Assembly: GCA_020137815.1 (NCBI GenBank)
Contig: CM035352.1
Coordinates: 2,790,001 to 2,854,000, forward strand
DNA length: 64,000 nucleotides
Reading direction: 5' to 3'
DNA from: Hormiphora californensis
Taxonomy: Eukaryota; Animalia; Ctenophora
The notes under the pieces were generated by a model that was given only the letters and a program-made list of their open reading frames with translations, did no database searches and was not told the DNA's origin. The translations under genes and the position numbers were made by a program. Shown piece by piece: positions 58,672 through 64,000 of this stretch. Every line of letters begins with the position of its first letter. Position 1 is the first letter of the stretch.

Positions 58672-61600
58672 TTAAAATGTAGTCTCTTTTCTACTACTCG
58701 GGGCCTCAGGGCCTTCCTTCAGTGTCTTTATTACTCCCTTAATAACAAAACCAGCAAGTACACGAGCCTTAGCAGCAAGGGAAGAATTTGACCGGGATTG
58801 GGATAGTTTCACCTCACTCTGCACACAGTTTTTACTCAGATCAACAACGCTCAAGTAGTCCATCTCAGTGTTTATTATCAGTGTAGTTTTAGATTCCTTA
58901 TAATTCACCTGAAACAAAAGAAAGATTTGTTAAATTGTAAAAAGTACCGCCATGTCGACACTAAAAGTGAGAGTGAGTTGCGGAAGGACAATAATACTAG
59001 TGATGTTGTTCGCAATTCCCACAAAAACTATAAAATCACGAGTGGTGTATCTAAAGTTTTATAACAAACCTGAATAGTGTGGTCACTGAGCAGATAGAAA
59101 CCATATTTCTCATTCTTGGACCAGAATGCCAGGGTCTTGTGGGGTCCAAGTGGCGCCTGCTGTCCTGACCTTGTCCCCTTACTATGCGTTTGTAGAGCCA
59201 CCACTCTCTCCCTAACATCCTTCCCTAGTTCAGGACCCAGGACTAGTTGGTGGGCGCCCCGGTGGTCATGCAGCATGTATTTAGAGGAGTGACATGTAAC
59301 ACTAGTCCGATCCTCCCAAAGTACCCCCGTGGTACCGTTACTCAGCTCGTACCAGCAACCCTGGATCCCATCTAACCTATCTGACCACCTGGGGGGGTGT
59401 TAGAAGGGATGTGTATTCGAGAGGGAGGAGGTATTAGAGGGTGCTGTGTAGCGACACAATCAATAATAACGTGTCATGTGTTACCTTGCGATTGAGACAG
59501 GACGAGAGCCTGTGTATGATTCTGGTATCTCACTAAATTGAGTGTTGGTCAGGGCAGTGAAAATGGCTGCTTTGATGTTTGTTAATACCTCGTATACCCC
59601 TCCACTCAATCTGCAGGACTCCTGGGGGTGCCTGATGGGATGGGGATATATATGCTAGTGATCAGGTAGTTTAACATGTCGAGTAAGGGGGAACAACAAA
59701 GTTTAACATGTTTTAGATCGTGTTATTTTCTGACCCCCCCTTTACAATTGGGGACAGAGAAAGAGGGTCGAACGAGGCAAAGATCTTGTAGATAAATGGG
59801 TGGGGGTGGTAAATGCAAATATCAAACCGAGTCTTGTAAACTCGATTTCGTACCTTTTCTTAACCCATACAGAAAGTTCACTCTGTAGGAACTGCTGGCC
59901 ACCAAATGTAGTGAATCGACCCGATCTGACCGTCTTAGAAGACTGATCCATCACATCACATACCTCAGATACCCTGTTAAGGGGGGGGGGGGGGGTCAGG
60001 AAGGGGGGGGGGGGGTGTTCATAATTATAATCACTGCAGATATATGAGGCATAAACTCTGGCCACTGGCGCGTTATTTCAGATAACTTTCTCCCAGCGCG
60101 CCGCTGGGAGAAGTTAGCTGGAGTTTATCCGCCGCTGGCGGATAAACTGGTTTAAATCACGACGACGATCCCGAGGCGGAGCCGAGGGAGAGGCGGAGGG
60201 GTTTAAACCTATAACGTGCCAGTGGTCAGAGTTTATGGGTTATATACCCTGCTTTAGTTGTTTATTTCAAGTATTACACACCAACAAGAGAGAGAACACT
60301 AATCAAAACACACAAAGAGAACTGAGAAATAGTTAAAAACACGTCACAATTGAGTGTACACTGTTTGGTAACAGTTACTAAGCAGTTGCTAAGGAAAGAG
60401 AGTGAAAGAAATAGCCTGATAAGGGGCATGTCACACATAACACAGAGGAAGAGATAGTGAGACAAAAGGGGAGATAAAGAGAGAGTAATTGACGGAATGT
60501 GTCCTTTCTTTCTCTCCAATGTAGTGTGTAAGTGTTGCACATAGTGTTCCCTCTGTATTTTAGTAAGAACTGATCATTTACACACACTTTGAATGTTACG
60601 TAGGAGTTAAAAATAAATAACCTGCCAGTGGGAAATAATCTGCCGCTGGACTGGCTGTTTACTGAGAGCGCGCTAGTGGGACTTCTCGCCACTGGCGCAT
60701 TATTTAAGTTAGCAGGGTATATAGTCTAAACAACCAAACGTGAGTACAATTACCACTCGGTTACTGCACCCTTTAGATATAACACACCAGCACCCGCTAG
60801 AAATGACACCACTCACCCCACCACCCTCTAAGTTCTAACACCACTCACCCCACCACCACTCACCATTTCACAGACGTCATCTTATCAACAAGTGTTGTCA
60901 GGAACTCGTTGTAGCTCAGTTTCTTGAACTCCTTACTGTTCCAAATCACCAGGGTACAGGGAACCACATGAGGGTCACTTCCAGCTACCTCTGTCACCTC
61001 CATCACCACCTCCCCCGCCTCCAAACCTCCACCGGGGGCTGCTGGTTTGGGATTGTCTAACTCCCTTGTGAGGCGAATATAACTAGAAGCAGGTAGGATG
61101 TCACGATAGTCAGACAGATTGAAGGTTGGTAGGGTACCTCGTAGTCTGACAGCAGGTAGCAGCCTATCGAATCTTGTATCCTCCTGGAGAGGGGATGGAA
61201 CAGTCAGTTCACTGTTACCATCCATCAAGAAGTTGAGAATCTGAACCCCTAGGTTTAGGGTAGGTCGGAAGACGGGATTGTTAGTGATTATGTGCTCTCC
61301 AATAAACCTGGAGCACTCCCCAAGAACAAGGACATGCTGATTGCTCCTTCTAGGTGCAACCTCACAAAGTAGTTCTAGAATGATAATCACAATGGCATTA
61401 CTTAGCGGAGAGGGGTTCCTGTTGGTGGGACATAGGACACTCTCAGGGCGCTCCAATAAACACCGCAATGTGATAGGTGTTGTTGGTGTATCGGTTTATT
61501 TCAGTGACCAACTTATCGTGTTTAAATGGATTCCGACCAAGAAACTCTAGCAGACGATCCATATCGCTAAGAGATGGTGGCACCATCCACCCTTGACTGA

Positions 61601-64000
61601 CAGGCACTGGTGGTGTCATGACCTGGCCCTTGTCGAGGTTGGTTAGTTGGTTGTGGAGGTTGGTGTAGAGGTTTGCTGAGTAAGAGGTGAGAGACAACAG
61701 GTGGAGGAGGTTGGGTATCTAGAGGTGTCCCAACCACCATCACACCGGACCTTCTGGTGGAGGTGGTGGTGCTAACATCTCACTAGGTACCTCATCTACC
61801 ACTACAAGATCAGCTGCCTTTATCTTCTCATTGCAGTCCTTTAGAATTCTGTTCCACTCATGTTCAGCCACTATCTCCCCAGTTAGATGATTGTGGAAGA
61901 GATTGGGGTGGTGGAAGGAGGGGGAGAGACTGAAGTACTTCTCAGTGGTCCCCGCAACCCGAGTGTACATACGTCTGAACTTCTCTTCAAGCCTCTTGTC
62001 CGACATTTTGTTAGGGTGACTGGCGGGGTTGTCAAAGACAATGTCACTGGGTAAAGAGGGGATTAGCAGGAACCGGAAAATGGAAATGAGTAGTTTTATA
62101 CTGGGCCTAAAGAACACTTTATCACTCTTCAAACCCGTCCCAATTAACTCGTGAAGGGGGCCATACTGCTTCTCATAGTGGGGTACATCAATCGTTCGAA
62201 GACTTTGGATACCTATAGCACACCATAACTTGAGGATGTTCCGGATCGTCTGGGTGAGTGGCAACCTATCGTTTCGGTGTAGTGAGGACAGGATGATATC
62301 TGGTTTTGAAATCAGATCTTCTTTTGTAAGAGATGTTTTGAGGTAGGGCTGTAGCAGTCCCACACACTCTTTCAACCTCCCACATCCAAACTTCTCCAGG
62401 AAACTGTGCACCAAGTCTCCGGCTGCTTCTGCTGGTGGTTCGGTGACTAGTGGTAGTGGTCTCCGGCTGGGGAACTGGAAGGGATCTGGAGTAACAGTAG
62501 TTGCGGGTTTAGGAACAGCAGTCACAGGTTTGGTAAGAGCAGTCACAGGTTTGGGAGCAACAGTCGCGGGTTTTGGAACAGTAGTAGTCACAGGTTTGGG
62601 AGCAACAGTCGCGGGTTTTGGAGTGGCAGTGGTAGGTTTAGTTGGAGCAGTGATAGGTCTAGTAGCACCAGCAGTGGTGTTCTTAGTAGGAGGAGCAGCT
62701 GGTTTCTTCTTTTTGGGTATTTTGTAACGGGTCTGCTCCTCAAACAAGTCAAGAACCTGTTCTGATGGCGCCTTTCTTTTCTTTCCTCTTTCCGGTGACT
62801 TTCCTCTCCTTTCCAGTGACTTTTCTCTCCTAGGAGATCGGGATTTGGCCCTGTCTGAGGACTTACCCCGACTAGGCGATCTGGATTTGGCCCGCCTAGG
62901 AGATTTTGATTTGCTTCGCCCACACCCAGGAGATCTAGACTTGGCCCGATTAGGTGATCTTGATTTGGCCTGACTCGACGATCCAGACTTTGTCCTGTTA
63001 GGAGATTTGGACTTCGCCCTACTAGGAGATTTTGCTCTTCGAGGTGATCTCGATTTGCCCCTTCTAGGCGACTTTGATTTCGCTCTACTTCTCGGTGAAT
63101 TGTCCCCAGCAGACGTATTTCTTCCCAACGACTTAGACCTCTCTCCTCTGCCCGGTGACCTAGATTTTGCTCTGGCTGATTGAGGTTTCGATCTGCCTGG
63201 TGATCTAGATTTTGCTCGGGCTGATGGAGTAGTTGATCTGCCTGGTGACCTAGATTTTGCTCGGGCTGATTGAGTAGTTGATCTGCCTGGTGACCTAGAT
63301 TTTGCTCGGGCTGATGGAGTAACTGATCTGCCTGGTGACCTAGATTTTGCTCTGGCTGATGGAGTAACTGATCTGCCTGGTGACCTAGATTTTGCTCTGG
63401 CTGATGGAGTAACTGATCTGCCTGGTGACCTAGACTTTGCTCGGGCTGATTGAGAAACTGATCTGCCTGGTGACCTAGATTTTGCTCTGGCGGATGAAGT
63501 ATTTGAACTTTGATATCTTCCCGTACTACTGGATCGGGATTTCTTGCGAGCTCTTTTTGGAGCCTGTTTCTCAGATAAAATAGTTATCTCGTCACTTGAC
63601 GGTTCTGAAATAACGTCTATTGCTGCTGTTGATGGGGCCTTCCGTTTCTCGGTCACTGTTGTCCTGTCTTTCCTGGCCTGTAGTCTGGGATCTCGCTGGT
63701 TACTAATTTGAACCGACCTCGGTATAAACTCAGGGGTTGTCGAACCTGATGTGGCCGGGGTAATTGTTGGGGATGGTGTAGCGGAGGATGTGTCGAGGGT
63801 ACTGGGGCGAACCATATCAAATATCCTGGAAGTCCGTGGAGGTGGGGCGGGCTGGTAGTCAGCTGGTGGAACAAAGGGAGCATCAGGATCTGGTTTTATA
63901 ACAACCACGGGGATGCAAACTGTACCCTTGTCCTCCTTCTTTTCCTCCTCCTCCCACCCACCCAGTACATCCTGTACCACCATGTCCCCCACCCTCTCCT
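58672..64000 (-). CDS. Large protein (5' end possibly outside the window) with RS/SP repeats and a C-terminal degenerate tandem polo-box domain
   Basis: ORF 63992-61740, a frameshifted linker, then phase-compatible exons ~61468-60864, ~59973-59854, ~59631-59485, ~59389-59070 and ~58908-58672. These give RPVSIARWSDRLDGIQGCWYELSNGTTGVLWEDRTSV (PB1-like) and LAFWSKNEKYGFYLLSDHTIQVNYKESKTTLII (PB2-like). Confidence 0.65.
60049..60237. mobile_element. Small inverted-repeat element in an intron of the polo-box gene
   Basis: CATAAACTCTGGCCACTGGCGCGTTAT ... ATAACGTGCCAGTGGTCAGAGTTTATG, with internal hairpins (TTTATCCGCC..GGCGGATAAA). A related fragment lies near 60620-60705. Confidence 0.6.
63145..63492 (-). 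repeat. Coding 45-bp tandem repeat x8 (ARAKSRSPGRSVTPS)
   Basis: Visible in the DNA (GATCTGCCTGGTGACCTAGATTTTGCTC) and in the translated ORF. Confidence 0.92.

Overview
Compact, intron-rich eukaryotic (animal) genomic DNA. The gene content and architecture (LDLa-7TM receptors without LRRs, nested genes, acceptor-like AGs directly before start codons) suggest a ctenophore-like invertebrate; this is inference. The + strand carries a tight run of conserved housekeeping genes: TMEM39 (3' part), INTS1, NSF, NDUFS7 and COPS2. COPS2 spans 25 kb in 11 exons. Its two giant introns (13.4 and 8.1 kb) contain an antisense LDLa-GPCR gene (which carries a 4.2-kb foldback element in one of its own introns), an antisense orphan gene, and an intronless RPF2 gene on the same strand as COPS2. 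A TRPA-like channel on the - strand likewise hosts a same-strand intronless PIM-like kinase in one intron. All five conserved + strand genes with a visible start have TAG 1-2 nt before the ATG, and the INTS1-NSF and NDUFS7-COPS2 gaps are only 142 and 252 bp. This is consistent with operon-like transcription resolved by spliced-leader trans-splicing, possibly including a gene released from a host intron. Also present: a secreted Q/G/aromatic-repeat protein, a second LDLa-GPCR, a large RS/SP-repeat protein ending in a degenerate polo-box domain with no kinase visible in the window, and many palindromic non-autonomous DNA transposons. Frequent frameshifts in essential genes point to assembly indel errors. 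Exon coordinates were read by eye and may be off by a few bases.
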